Shown here piece after piece: positions 48,743-60,357 of a DNA stretch of 64,000 nucleotides. The notes beneath the pieces are model-generated. The model was not told the origin of the DNA, did no database searches, and was given only the letters and a program-made list of their open reading frames with translations. This DNA is from a virus (taxonomy: Duplodnaviria; Caudoviricetes): positions 33,973-97,972 of the IMG/VR virus record IMGVR_UViG_3300001869_000005, one strand, 5' to 3'. Numbering within the stretch: the first letter of the stretch is position 1; each line of letters starts with the position of its first letter. The translations under genes were made by a program, and so were the position numbers.

Positions 48743-50257
48743 TTAACCCTGTAATATAGCAGGAATTAAGGACATTGTTCTAGTTGGATCAAGAACACAC
48801 AATCCCAATGTTGCCATACGGTGGATCACTGCCGAGTCTTCATCAAAAGACATATAAGGATTTCCCTTTTGCCCAGTGAAAGGATTTCTCAATCCCCATT
48901 GATAACCTCTATATTCAGTATCACCCTTAATTTTACACTTAAAGATATTCGGTTGATCCATTGTACCAATGTACAAAATATCATATCTATAAGACATTGC
49001 AACACCACCATTGGGATGCAAAATCTTGTTTCTTACTGGATCATCATAGAAAGAGTCAACATCCAACTTAACACGTACTCCATTAGGAGCTTTGTACTCT
49101 ACAAACTGGAATCCAGCAGAAAGAGCATTAGTGTGAAGTTTAGACTGAACCTTTTCAATAACTCCAATAGAACTATTGTCTAACATGAATTGCGTCCATC
49201 CAGAAATAACATTCAATACTGCTTTGTGGAATTGAATAGCCCCACGTTCACCAGTCTTGATTACAAAGTAACGATCCCCAAAATCAAGTTTAGCAGCAGA
49301 CAATTCATACAATGCGTCTTCCAAAAGTTTCAAACTAAAGGTGTTATAAGACATTGTATTTGCTACTTCCATCTATTCAAATAAACCGGCACCTGTTTTA
49401 ATTACACCACCAGATTTACCAAAATTCATATACTCACCATTTGAATTTCTGTTAGAAGTACCAAAGGCAAGAGCATTGTTTTTATATTCAGAGAACTATT
49501 GTTCTACTTCCCAATCTACATTATGCATCCACATGGTTGCAATATCCTTACTCAAACCACCACCATCGGTAGCTTTTGTAATAGGAATACCTACGGCCAG
49601 TTTTTTGTTAAGCATGGCTCCACCAACCTTATGTTGGATTCGAATCTGAGACCATTCATTACGCATAGAGACAGGAGACGTAAACCTAACATCACCAACT
49701 TTTCTAGAGAATTCTTTTTCTACAGGAGCAAAGTCAATAGAATATCTTTCACCCGACAACAGTCGTTCTGCGGGAATACCAATGGTATTTCCACCCATTA
49801 ATTCTACCTTATAGACGGCGTTTGTTCCTTCTATTCTGGAATCTCCCAACACACGTTGCGGATAAACCTGATTTAGATTACCAACAATTACTTCACCATC
49901 GGCGAACCAATCTTCTGGGAATACTAAATAAAAAGGAGCTGTTCCAACACCTACATTTGCAGAACTGGAAGTAACTACTACTCCATTCTCATCTCGTGCT
50001 TCTATAAGAGGAATATTCCTACGAGAGGAACCAATTACATCCCAATAGTATTCACTATCATCCTCAAATTCCCGTGTAGGAAATTGATTCAAAAATGTAT
50101 CAAGGCTTTTACCTCTATAATAAGCTAACAACTAAACCATAAGATTAGTTGCTTTTTGTGGAGCCAACTGAAAAATTGAACCTAAATGATTTTCTTTAGT
50201 CAAACCTTTCCAATGTTGGAATCCTACCATTTGGTATTTACCCAATTTACCTGCCAT
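48743..50257 (-). CDS. major capsid protein (code 15, 504 aa)
   Basis: MAGKLGKYQMVGFQHWKGLT..APQKATNLMV*LLAYYRGKS; three in-frame TAG (50132, 49496, 49373). Confidence 0.95.
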
Positions 50258-50294
50258 AATTTATTAATTTAAAAGTGTTATTTGTTTCTTATGA

Positions 50295-51428
50295 TTATGC
50301 GTCGATCTACCAATCTTTTCCTATAAAAGATTCAGTATCTTCATCTATTCCACTAACAAATTTTAAATTACCATCAGAATTTCTAGCAGTATTATTAAAA
50401 GTATTCTCAAGTTCTCTTAAACTTTTATTCACTTCCTTCTTTACTTTACCTTTTACTAGAGCGTCGAGGTTTTTAAAACCATTAGTTAATGTGAAGATTA
50501 ACCCCAGATTTTTTATAAAATCAGTTTTGTTCTCAGTTTGATACTTTTGAACAGCTGTTAATAATTCTCCATCTGAGTTTTTAAAGACTGGTTTACTAAT
50601 ATTTTCGTAAATCTTTTGTCTAACAGTCTTATCAAGCTATAGTTCACCAAAAAAGTCTTTATCTTCTAAGATAGATTTTTTTAATGCTTCTGCTTGTTGT
50701 TTTCTTTCTTGTACTCTTCCTTCTTCTTCTTGCTTGGCTTCTTCTATAAGAGTCTTATACTCTGTACTAAAATATTCCTTGTTACTGCTTAATGCCTCTT
50801 TAGCATCTTCTACATCACTTCCAGCGGTAATAGATTTATTTACTTCTCGCTGAGCTCTTTCTTTACTGTATCCTCTATTGAGGAAATCCTAATAAATAAG
50901 TTGCTTTCTAAGTGTGTCACCTTGTTCTGATTCATCTGTAATTGTTTCTTCTTTTATAGACTCCAAATATTCCAAAGTACCTTCATACTTTTTAATATCA
51001 TCTGGTTCTATTCCAGAATTTAAAGCTTCGTCAATTCGTTTCTACCTATCATCAAATTTTGCCTAAATCTACTTTTCAGTCATTTCAGCAAAATCTTCTG
51101 GGGTTTTAATACTCTCTAAAGATGCATCGTCAAGGTCGGGGAAGATACCTTCTTCTTTCAAGGCTTTAGCAATGGAAGAGTAGAAGTTTTTAGGAGAAGA
51201 ACTTGTATCCTTGTCAGATTCAGTATCTTCCTTACCCTTGTCTTCATCTTCACCACTTACGCTCTCTGGTTTATCTGCAAACAATGTGTCTACATTAACC
51301 TCAGTAGTTACTTCTTTTTCTTTTTTACCCTCTTTTTCATCAGGTTGGGCATCCTCAATAACTTCATTAGAAAACAGATCGTCTATTTCATCTGCCTCTA
51401 AAATATTGTTTAAGTCTAGTTCTTCCAT
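50295..51428 (-). CDS. acidic protein upstream of MCP, probable scaffold (code 15, 377 aa)
   Basis: acidic N-terminus, SIAKALKEEGIFPDL, ends GKDW*IDA-TAA. Confidence 0.75.
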
Positions 51429-51457
51429 TTTTTCTCCTTAAATTTTAAACTTGATTG

Positions 51458-51489
51458 CAAAGATAAGTATAATTTTAATCTTGAACAAT
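51458..51489 (-). promoter_or_regulatory. Bacteroidota sigma-A type promoter for capsid operon
   Basis: ATTG-N20-TATCTTTG. Confidence 0.7.
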
Positions 51490-51531
51490 ATTATAAGTAT
51501 TAAAATTATACTAGTATAAATTTTTTATTTA

Positions 51532-51966
51532 TTATACGTTTAAATAGAATGAATGATTTCTATTTCCTTTTCTTTTTGAAGCCAAATGTACCCAAGTATC
51601 ACCCGTTTTTGTATTCTTTTCAGCAATCAACTAATCAAAAGAAACCTTTAAATCCTTTAAAGCTGCTAATATTAGATTAAAAGATTCTTTAGTATTCTTT
51701 CCTCTAACACCAACATCTATTGCTGTTCCAGATAAATGCGCTGAATTAGAAACTCCACCAACAACTTTGTTTAATTTAGGACATCTATACCAAGATGTTA
51801 TATCAAAGGGAATCCCTATTTTGGTTCTAACTGGTTGTAATACTGTGTCAGCAAACCAATCTGCATCTTTTTCAATAACTTTAGACATTGAATTATCAAT
51901 ACCTTTTTCTATTGCTTTACTGGACCTGATTGCTTCGATGATAGTAAAATTATCGCTCAAATTCAT
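51532..51966 (-). CDS. endolysin, peptidase M15A family (code 15, 144 aa)
   Basis: ITSWYRC..LN..VGG..NSAHL.G.AID, then FD*LIAE...WVH past the TAG at 51631. Confidence 0.88.
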
Positions 51967-51976
51967 TATTTAATTA

Positions 51977-52429
51977 TTAACCTGGTTTAAAAAATCCTAG
52001 TATTATTGATGCAGCAGAGATTAATATTGCTATTGCAGCTACTATAAATGTTCCCACATTTTTAATACCTTCGTCCTTTCCACTTCCCGCACTCCTACTC
52101 TCACTTAAACTTTTCAAGTCGGTTGAAATTCGTTCCAAATTCTTATTATAGTTTTCTGCAAAATTATCAAATCGCTTTTCAGCAGCTATTTCCGCTTTTA
52201 GTACAGCCTTTTCAGAGGCCGCCATTGCTACATTAACAGCTCTTTCCTACGCATCAAGTGCTGATTTTACAGCTTCTTTTGATTCCTGTGAATTTTTGTT
52301 AATGAGTTTTTCCAAAGCATTATAACGATCTTCAAAGCGTTTGTCAGAAATGGAGATGATTGATGTAAAAAACTCTTTTAGTCCTACTTGTTCGGTCGAG
52401 TTTTGGAGGGCTTTTTCTGCTGCTGTCAT
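51977..52429 (-). CDS. coiled-coil protein with C-terminal TM helix (lysis cassette; code 15, 150 aa)
   Basis: two in-frame fragments joined at TAG 52247; FIVAAIAILISAASIILGFF. Confidence 0.7.
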
Positions 52430-52474
52430 TTTTCCTTCATTTTAATTTAGTGTTTTAAAATTATAAGATTAGAA

Positions 52475-53155
52475 TTATTTGGCTATTAATATACCTAAAC
52501 CTAATCCCGTACCTAGTCCTATCCATACTTTATTCCTATTGAACCAATTATTTTGTTTTGCCAATTGTTTCGTTAAGGCATTGTTTAAATCTTCTCTGAT
52601 TTTTAATAAATCTACTTTACTTTTAATTGTCTAATCCTTTATAATACTTCCCGCATTGCAAGCATCTAATCCTGTACTATCTGCAGTAACTATAATATTC
52701 AATTCATTGATTTCTTCATTTAACGCATCCGTTTCATCTTTAAGACCATTAACCTATAATTGATAGGCATTTACCACTTTCTTACAGTTTGTGTCTAAGG
52801 AGTCCCCATATTGATTCAGAAGACTATCTACATTGTTCTATAAACCCTAGTTCTATTTGACTAATTTATTTGCCCTTGCTTCCCACTAATCTGCTCTTCT
52901 TTTAGCTGCATCACTTTTACTCTTTTCTACCTTCTATATACTATCCTATATAAATACTAACTATTTATTCTTTTCACTCTCTATGGAGTCTCTTAGAGTC
53001 TCTTTAGCATTTATAAGTTCAGTCTCAAAAAGTATACGCTAATTATTACGGAAATTGGCATTACTACACATTAATGTTATTACCATTAATAATGCACAAA
53101 GACCTATTACTGAGCCCTTCCAATATTTTTTAAAAAAATCTAATATTTGTTTCAT
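52475..53155 (-). CDS. putative spanin, unimolecular-like architecture (code 15, 226 aa; absent from ORF track)
   Basis: MKQILDFFKKYWKGSVIGLCALLMVITLMC signal, coiled coil, C-terminal WIGLGTGLGLGILIAK; 10 in-frame TAG. Confidence 0.65.
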
Positions 53156-53165
53156 AAATTTATCT

Positions 53166-53498
53166 TTAAATTTTTACTTTATCTGAAGGAATATCTTTAT
53201 CTATAGTTTCATTCATTTCTTCTTTTATTACCTTTATTTCTTCCTTAGCTTCTGCAATTACTTTCTAATCAGGAATATTCTTTTGCCCCGCATAACCTGT
53301 TATAAATCCAGAAATTAATACTGATGCACCAATTATTGAACCAACCCAATCTGGAAATACTATGTTTGGCATTAATGCCACAGTACCCCAAGCCGCTGGT
53401 ACAGCAATAGTTGTTGCTGCTGCAATATTTCTTATTACTTTCCATCGTTTGGGAGTCTAACGTTTCCAATTACGTTCAAAGTTTTTTAAACATTTCAT
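53166..53498 (-). CDS. putative holin (code 15, 110 aa; absent from ORF track)
   Basis: MKCLKNFERNWKR*TPKRWKVIRNIAAATTIAVPAAWG.. two hydrophobic segments and a charged tail; 2 TAG. Confidence 0.65.
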
Positions 53499-53513
53499 AT
53501 GTTTTTTTCATGA

Positions 53514-53846
53514 TTATAAATATTTTAAAAATGAATAATGTTTTCTTGTTTTAATATACTCCACGTCACTGTTTGAGTATGCCTCTCGTTCAAAAGAAAT
53601 ATTCCTATATGCCAGTTTTCCATATTTAAATAACTTAATAACCCATTCTAAAAGATACAAAATAAAAAATGGCAATACGAGAAGTTCCTTTTGTTGTTCT
53701 ATATGAACTCCCTCATGGTTGATAGTCCTATTTAGAACATATTTTGATTTACCGTCAAAATAGTTTTTACGCAAAAAGATGAAAGGAAAAATTGTTATTC
53801 CAACAAATCCTTTTGGAAGCAATAGATTACACATTATTATTTTCAT
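53514..53846 (-). CDS. small membrane protein with HExxH zinc-peptidase-like motif
   Basis: GITIFPFIF, NHEGVH, ISFEREAY. Confidence 0.7.
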   Translation of the reverse strand: MKIIMCNLLLPKGFVGITIFPFIFLRKNYFDGKSKYVLNRTINHEGVHIEQQKELLVLPFFILYLLEWVIKLFKYGKLAYRNISFEREAYSNSDVEYIKTRKHYSFLKYL

Positions 53847-53848
53847 TC

Positions 53849-55225
53849 TTATTTAATTTGAAAGTCATGATAATCAATAACAGTAGCTGAACCAGAATTT
53901 GGAACACCGTCCCATAATTTACAACGTACAGTTATAATTGCTGCACTTGGATTTAAAATACCCAAAGAAAATGGAAAAGTTTCACTATCATTTGTTGGAA
54001 TATTCCACTAATAATTACTATCGGTAACATAAGAAATCACTGGTAAATTATATATATAATTTTGTCCTATTTGATTATCTATTACCTATGCTTCAAAATA
54101 GTAGTTAACACTTGTTGAACCTGGAACTCTATCTGTCGTATTAAAGGAAATCCATACATTACCATTATTAATTACAGTTGAATTAGAATAAGTTAACCTC
54201 TACGAAGTCCAATTTGTATCTAAAACTATCCCCGTTGCTAAAAATTGTCGATTAGTAAAGGATGTTATAACACTATCAATTGTCCGTAAAGAATATTTAA
54301 CCATATTAGTTAATGATGAATCGTCCGCTTCTACCATAAAAACTTCAATATAAAGTGGTCCACCATTAGTTAAGGTATTCATTTCAGCTGCTGAAAATTC
54401 AAGACTAGCGCCATAAAGAATTGGATGGCTAACACCATCATCAAGAAATTGTGTACCATACTTAGTAACTGATATAGTTGTTACTGTATTTGTAATGGTA
54501 CACCCAACTGTACAATATTTAAGATCTAACTTAAAAACATCTTGCAATCCAGTTGAACCAACATCTGTCGGATTTGTATCATAATCGTTATATCCTCGCG
54601 CTGTGAATGTTACATTGTAATTTGTGTCTAATGTTATTTCTTTTGGAATATCAATTACAGTCATACTATCCCACGCAGCGTTATGCACATATCCCCTAAA
54701 ATCTCCTAATCTAAAGACTTCATCATATGCAGCACTGGGTAAATGATGCACCCAAACAACATTTTCATAATTAGAATGATGACCAGCATATTCAATTGCA
54801 AAACCATTTCTAACTACTGGCGCGTAAGAGGGCACATATCCATCACTTCTCCAGTATTTTGTTGTTGATACAACAAATGGTGTAATGGATGGGATTGGTT
54901 TTTTCTTTGACCATTTATTTATTCCCGTATAACTACACAATGTTCCCACATCATTAGAGGCTCTACCTATCTTACTTGCTACATAACTTGTACTAATACC
55001 ATAAGTGGTCAATACACAGGTTGCTGTTCCTGCATCAGATGTAGCAGTAATTGTTACTGCTCCAACACCTTTACCAATTAAACATGATACAAGACCATCC
55101 ACAACAGTAACACTGACTGGATCTGAACTTGTCCAAACAATAGTACTACCTGTAGTATTTCCTGATAATCGTAATTTATCCCCCGCATACAAAATTGCAG
55201 TTGATGGAGTAACTGTTACTGCCAT
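53849..55225 (-). CDS. Ig-like (Big_2) domain virion protein (code 15, 458 aa)
   Basis: VTVTPST..WTSSD..V.V.DGLV; INKWSKKKP, FRLGDFRGY; extends through TAGs to TAA at 53849. Confidence 0.75.
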
Positions 55226-55239
55226 AATTTATTTATTTT

Positions 55240-55713
55240 TTAATCAACTATTTTAAAATACATAAGAACATCCAATACTATAGAAGGTAAACTATCAGGA
55301 AGATTATCTACATCAATTTTATAAAATGTAGGTGTTTCTTCCAATTCTTCTTCCAGAATAGATTCTTGATATTCTTTTAACTTACTATTGAATTCAACCA
55401 AAGCGTCTTTATGAGTTTCTTCCAATACTTTGAATTCTTTCATAAATGCTTTAAATTTCTTTTCATCTTCGGGGGATACTCTAGTAACTCCTTGTTCATC
55501 AACTTGACCATGTTTAACAATCAACTCATTCCTATCTTTATTGAAATCAGTTAATATAACATCATACTCTTCTTCAATCTTTTTCAAGATCTCAATTTCT
55601 TTTGCTAAATAACCTTGGTTCTTAATAATACCATAACGATACTTCACTGAACCTTCAATCTTAATTGCTTCTCCCAAAGCTTTACTCAAAACGATAACTT
55701 CTCTCTTTTTCAT
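55240..55713 (-). CDS. hypothetical acidic helical protein (fibre-region accessory)
   Basis: 157-aa intact ORF. Confidence 0.7.
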   Translation of the reverse strand: MKKREVIVLSKALGEAIKIEGSVKYRYGIIKNQGYLAKEIEILKKIEEEYDVILTDFNKDRNELIVKHGQVDEQGVTRVSPEDEKKFKAFMKEFKVLEETHKDALVEFNSKLKEYQESILEEELEETPTFYKIDVDNLPDSLPSIVLDVLMYFKIVD

Positions 55714-55743
55714 TGTTGTTTTAAATTTGTTAAAAAATTATTG

Positions 55744-55775
55744 CAAAGATGTATAAAATTTTTCATATATGCAAT
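55744..55775 (-). promoter_or_regulatory. probable sigma-A type promoter
   Basis: ATTG-N20-CATCTTTG (one mismatch to TAnnTTTG). Confidence 0.55.
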
Positions 55776-55797
55776 AGACTAAATAATTTATTAATAC

Positions 55798-56103
55798 TTA
55801 TTCTATAATTAATGTTTTTTCAATTTCCGTAATTGTATCAAGGATAAGTTGCGAGGCTTCGCTCAAATATTCCTTGTTTGTATTCAGGTTCACCGATATG
55901 TTGTTGCCATTACAGTTGAATGACCCAAAAGTTGGTTGCGGTGTTGCTGCTGGTGTTGTTGCCGGCAAAACTGTTACAGAGCCATTAAAGCTGACCACTT
56001 TCAGATTATCATCCAGTGATACCTGGCCTTCGATTTTCACATTTGCGGCATTTGCTTTAGCCGTGTACTGCGTTTTTTTGTTTGCTAATGTTAGATTTTC
56101 CAT
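55798..56103 (-). CDS. hypothetical protein (possible fibre chaperone)
   Basis: 101-aa intact ORF directly after fibre gene. Confidence 0.65.
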   Translation of the reverse strand: MENLTLANKKTQYTAKANAANVKIEGQVSLDDNLKVVSFNGSVTVLPATTPAATPQPTFGSFNCNGNNISVNLNTNKEYLSEASQLILDTITEIEKTLIIE

Positions 56104-56123
56104 CTTTTTAAATTTAAATTGTT

Positions 56124-58622
56124 TTATTTTAAGTATTTGACATGAATCTTAACCGTGTCACCGGAATAAAATCCGTCTAAATTATTTGTGACAGTTATCG
56201 TAGATCCTGTATACACCCAGCTACAGTTGTTTGCAGATCCGGGGTATTGCTCCCCGTATAAATTCCCTCCAGAAGCGAGAACGCTTATTGCGATAGATAC
56301 AATATTTGCTTTTGTGGCCTTTGACCAAGATGCGGAAACAGACATGGTTTCATCAGTCATAACATCTATATAAACGTAGTCATCAGCCATCGACTCATTT
56401 CCATCAGTAGAAAGCGCCAAAGCGCTTACTACCGTATCAGCAACATCAGCATAAGCTGAAATACCTCCTGTAGCGTAAAGATTACCAGCTACACGAACAT
56501 TGCCGTAATCGTCTATTGTTATAGCAGCAGATAAATTTGAAGCGTTTCTTAAAGTAAGGTCTGTTATTATAGCACCGTTCGGGAATGAGGGTATTCCCGT
56601 TGAAACTGGCACTTGGATAGCCCCGGAAGCATAAACGAAGTTCTCAAAACTTCCATTTCCATCATCACCAAACATCCCACCTATCATTCTACCCTGCATG
56701 GTGTCGTACATTCCTATCTCATAGCCATCAAATAAAGCCCAGTTGGCAAAAACAATTCCCCCATCGTTAGGTGAAATAGAATTTATAGCATGGCTGTAAT
56801 TTGAAGTTATTGAGCCACCAAAATACCCAGTGCCAAAACCATCAACATAACATTTTTGAACTCCGTTAGCTCGTAAATCCAAGAACTTAAAAGCACTGGT
56901 TGCAGGTCTGTCTGTATAGCCATAAAACAAAGAATTATTGAATGCTGCATTAGTGTTATGAAGAGTAAATGCGGTTGAAGATTGTAAACTTCCGGTAACC
57001 CTGAAGCGACCTGCAACATCAAGCTCAACACCTGGATTAATTATTCCAATTCCGACGTTACCGTTGATTGTTGTATTCCCCGTCCCACTTACGATGAGAT
57101 TGCCAGCAAGTATAGCATTAGAAGCATTATCAATGGATAATGCAATATCCGAAGCAGACCTATAAAATTGTAAAACATTAAGACCATTATTACTGATTTC
57201 CCACGAACCGGTCGTGCCTGTCAGTCTTACCGAAGCATTGCCAGTAGCATCTACACCTGATATTTGCAATACTTTACCAAATCCAGGCATACTTCCAGGC
57301 ACTGTCGTCCCGATGCCTACGTTGCCGTTTGATTGTTTTATTGTAACTACATTAGGAGTACCTACCCATCCGATTCTCCAATCATCAGTAGTTGGATCAA
57401 GTGCCATCCTGCCATTATCCGCCGTGTTTCCGAGTATATTTAATGATGAACTGTTTTTAATTGTTAAATTTCCACCTACACTAAAATTTGTCCCATCCGT
57501 CCATATCCCACTATTTGCTAATCCGCCCAATGTATGGTAGGGCAGATAGCCTGCGGTGAGGTTGGATAGTTTGGCGGTAGTGGCGGTGACTGTTCCTGAA
57601 AATATAGCTGATGAATTTGAGAACCTAAAGGGAAGTTGCGACTTGGTTACATCATAAAACCCGAAGTAGTCATCATCTCCCATTCCAATACCTTGCCCAA
57701 AAACCCAACTTCTACCAATACTATTTGATATAAAGGCATTTTGAGTTCCTGAATTATAATTAGAGGTTATCCCTCCTGTTGCGGAAACGGTGGAAGAGAA
57801 GGACGAAGAACCATCAGCATTAATTTTAAATACATCATAATGTCCATTGGTGCTAAAACCTACCCACCCATCATTTGCTTGAATAATAGCAAAGGCCTTA
57901 CTCCAATCTGTCGCTAAAGTTCTATTTTGCAGCTGTAGATTAAAATAATTTTGTGCTGGACTTTCGCCCCTTATGGCTGTACCATTGTTATTTAATGCAT
58001 TAACTTGAGTGGCATACAAGTTCTTTGCATTCCAGTCTACGGTACTAAGATTCGAGTTTCCTGAATCCCATATTTTTCTCCACGAATCGAATGTTGTCCC
58101 GCCGTAAAAACTTCTCCAGTATTTATCATGCGCGACGCCGGCGAGTGAGGTGAACTCCTGTTCGAACCAATCGGAAGAATACACGTTCTGTTTCAAAATG
58201 CCAATACTATTAACTGGTATATTAGCCCAGTAGTAGTCCATCTTAATAAATGAATTCGCGTCTGTCGGACGTGTATTGGCATCGTAACCTGCCCCCCAAG
58301 TATGTGTCACCAAAGGAAAATTTTCCGGGTTCAGGTTTCCCGCGTGCCATACCCCATAAGAGTTAACGGTAAGACCTCCTGTGAAATTCTTTTCCCCTGT
58401 TATGGTCTGTACAGTATCAGAATATACAAGCGTTGAAGGTTTGTTTAGTATATGAGACCAATCATTCAGAGTAATAATAGTATTTGCTGCATTTTTAATA
58501 AATAGACTTTCATATCCTGTAGCATAATTTAAAGCCAATTCCCCATACACCATTGTTACTGGGGCAGAGGGAACTTGACTTACTACGGTTGTAGAATTTC
58601 TTACTTTTATGGTATTACTCAT
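56124..58622 (-). CDS. tail fibre / receptor-binding protein (832 aa, no TAG)
   Basis: YGELALNY N-terminal domain, WRKIWDSGN, GNVGIGT repeats, GNLYATGGISAY. Confidence 0.85.
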   Translation of the reverse strand: MSNTIKVRNSTTVVSQVPSAPVTMVYGELALNYATGYESLFIKNAANTIITLNDWSHILNKPSTLVYSDTVQTITGEKNFTGGLTVNSYGVWHAGNLNPENFPLVTHTWGAGYDANTRPTDANSFIKMDYYWANIPVNSIGILKQNVYSSDWFEQEFTSLAGVAHDKYWRSFYGGTTFDSWRKIWDSGNSNLSTVDWNAKNLYATQVNALNNNGTAIRGESPAQNYFNLQLQNRTLATDWSKAFAIIQANDGWVGFSTNGHYDVFKINADGSSSFSSTVSATGGITSNYNSGTQNAFISNSIGRSWVFGQGIGMGDDDYFGFYDVTKSQLPFRFSNSSAIFSGTVTATTAKLSNLTAGYLPYHTLGGLANSGIWTDGTNFSVGGNLTIKNSSSLNILGNTADNGRMALDPTTDDWRIGWVGTPNVVTIKQSNGNVGIGTTVPGSMPGFGKVLQISGVDATGNASVRLTGTTGSWEISNNGLNVLQFYRSASDIALSIDNASNAILAGNLIVSGTGNTTINGNVGIGIINPGVELDVAGRFRVTGSLQSSTAFTLHNTNAAFNNSLFYGYTDRPATSAFKFLDLRANGVQKCYVDGFGTGYFGGSITSNYSHAINSISPNDGGIVFANWALFDGYEIGMYDTMQGRMIGGMFGDDGNGSFENFVYASGAIQVPVSTGIPSFPNGAIITDLTLRNASNLSAAITIDDYGNVRVAGNLYATGGISAYADVADTVVSALALSTDGNESMADDYVYIDVMTDETMSVSASWSKATKANIVSIAISVLASGGNLYGEQYPGSANNCSWVYTGSTITVTNNLDGFYSGDTVKIHVKYLK

Positions 58623-58635
58623 ATATGAATTTTAA

Positions 58636-60333
58636 TTAATAAGTCCCACAGTCTATAGTAGATGTTGTGGATAGTACAGTACCATCTACAGGTAATGTTA
58701 TTGATGTTGCTGCAGTTACAGTTAAAGTTGTATTATACGCTCCCGATAAAGTAAGATTACCACCAATAGTAATAGTACGAGTACTATTGTTTACACCTGT
58801 ACCCCCGTAAGTACCTATTAAGATACCACTAGTCAACTTATCAGTGCTAAGGGAAGGTATATCTGCAGCTATAAGTGCTCTAAAACTAGGTACACCAGCA
58901 GAACCATTAGGAGATGCTAAAACATAATTAGCAGTTTTAGAAGCATAAGGATTGACCGTATCTCCATAAGCTGTTGGCAAAGAATAAGCTGCTGCAAAAG
59001 CCCCTGATTGAAGTGTACCACCAACACCTATATTTAAAGTAGATCCACTAGTACCGTTTAATGTAAGTGTTTGAAGTACTGTAAGTGTTTTAGACGTTGT
59101 GCCCCCAGCAACAGAAAATCCAGTAGTTAAAGCAGTTAACTATACTCCGCCAGAATTTCCAGCTTCAAGAGTTAATACTCTATTATATATTCTATTAATA
59201 GTATAAGCATTAAAGGTTTCATTGCTTTCTACTTCGCCAACTCTGAAAGCATATAAATCAGTAGTTAAATCTGAATAAACATGGATGGCTTCAACCAATC
59301 CACCCCCACCACTTCCAGAACCATCACTGGTTCCATAAGCAGTAACTTCTCCCAGAGAATAGAAATCCATATTGGCTTGAATTCTAGGGCCAGTCTACTC
59401 AGTAAACATCTTCCTATATTCATTATAGAATCCTTGAACCTATGAAGCAGCAATTGCTTTGTTTGATCCTTGAGCAATGGTTCCTAATGAACCAGCAGTC
59501 CAAGAACTACCAAACCATGTTCCAGCAGTTAAACCAGAAGTTAAATCTACATATAAAGTACTGTAATCCTGTGTTGTGTCGGTACCAGGAACTCTAGTGG
59601 TTTTAAGAGATATGTTATCATATAATTTAGTACTTGGTTCTAATTGACTACCTACTATAGTTCCCTATGTAGAAGCTGTACTATTTTGGGTACAAGCGAA
59701 TTTAACAGTTGTAAGAGTACATCCTACTACTAACCAAGTACCATTAAATCCTGTTGACACCGCACCTGTAACAGTAATATATGACCCCACATCAAATGGT
59801 TCTTCTGTAGCGGCTGCAAAAGTAGCAGTAACAGTTGTGCCATTCCCTACCATTGCTATTGATGTTTTAGTAGTACTAACAGGCACTCCAAGAGTATAAT
59901 TAATAGATGCTTTACTACCAAGCATTGACATGATGGTATAACTATCATCTTCTGGAATAGTAGATAAGAATGCTTTTACTTCATTCCATGAATCTATAAT
60001 GTTATCACTATCTGCTACCAGTATATCTAGTGCATCCGTAATATATTTAAGTGTTCTAATCTATGTAGGGTCTGTTGTACCCAGTATATTAGTTTGCAAC
60101 CAACCTAGTGATTTAAACTACGCTAAAGTGGTGATTAGGGCAGTAGATGTTGCCTCCGTAACTTCTGTATTAGTTACTAAAGGAAGAAATAATGTAGGAT
60201 CAATTGCATTTGAATTCAATCCTATTTCTCCGTAATATAAACCACCTGAATCAGGAGCTTTTACAATAGAACCGTTCTAAACAGTTCTTGCATTACTGCG
60301 AATATGTTTGACAACCTAACTAGTTCTTGCCAT
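58636..60333 (-). CDS. fibre protein (code 15, 565 aa)
   Basis: fragments 58636, 59140, 59665 in one frame; N-terminal YYGEIGLN, ANYVLASPNG..PSFRAL, C-terminal IDCGTY. Confidence 0.8.
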
Positions 60334-60357
60334 GTAAAATTATTTTATTTTGTGTTT

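Noticed and set aside
53269-53469. Cys-rich 66-aa ORF in the track
   Set aside because: Wrong frame; the code-15 holin-like ORF 53166-53498 covers the region better.
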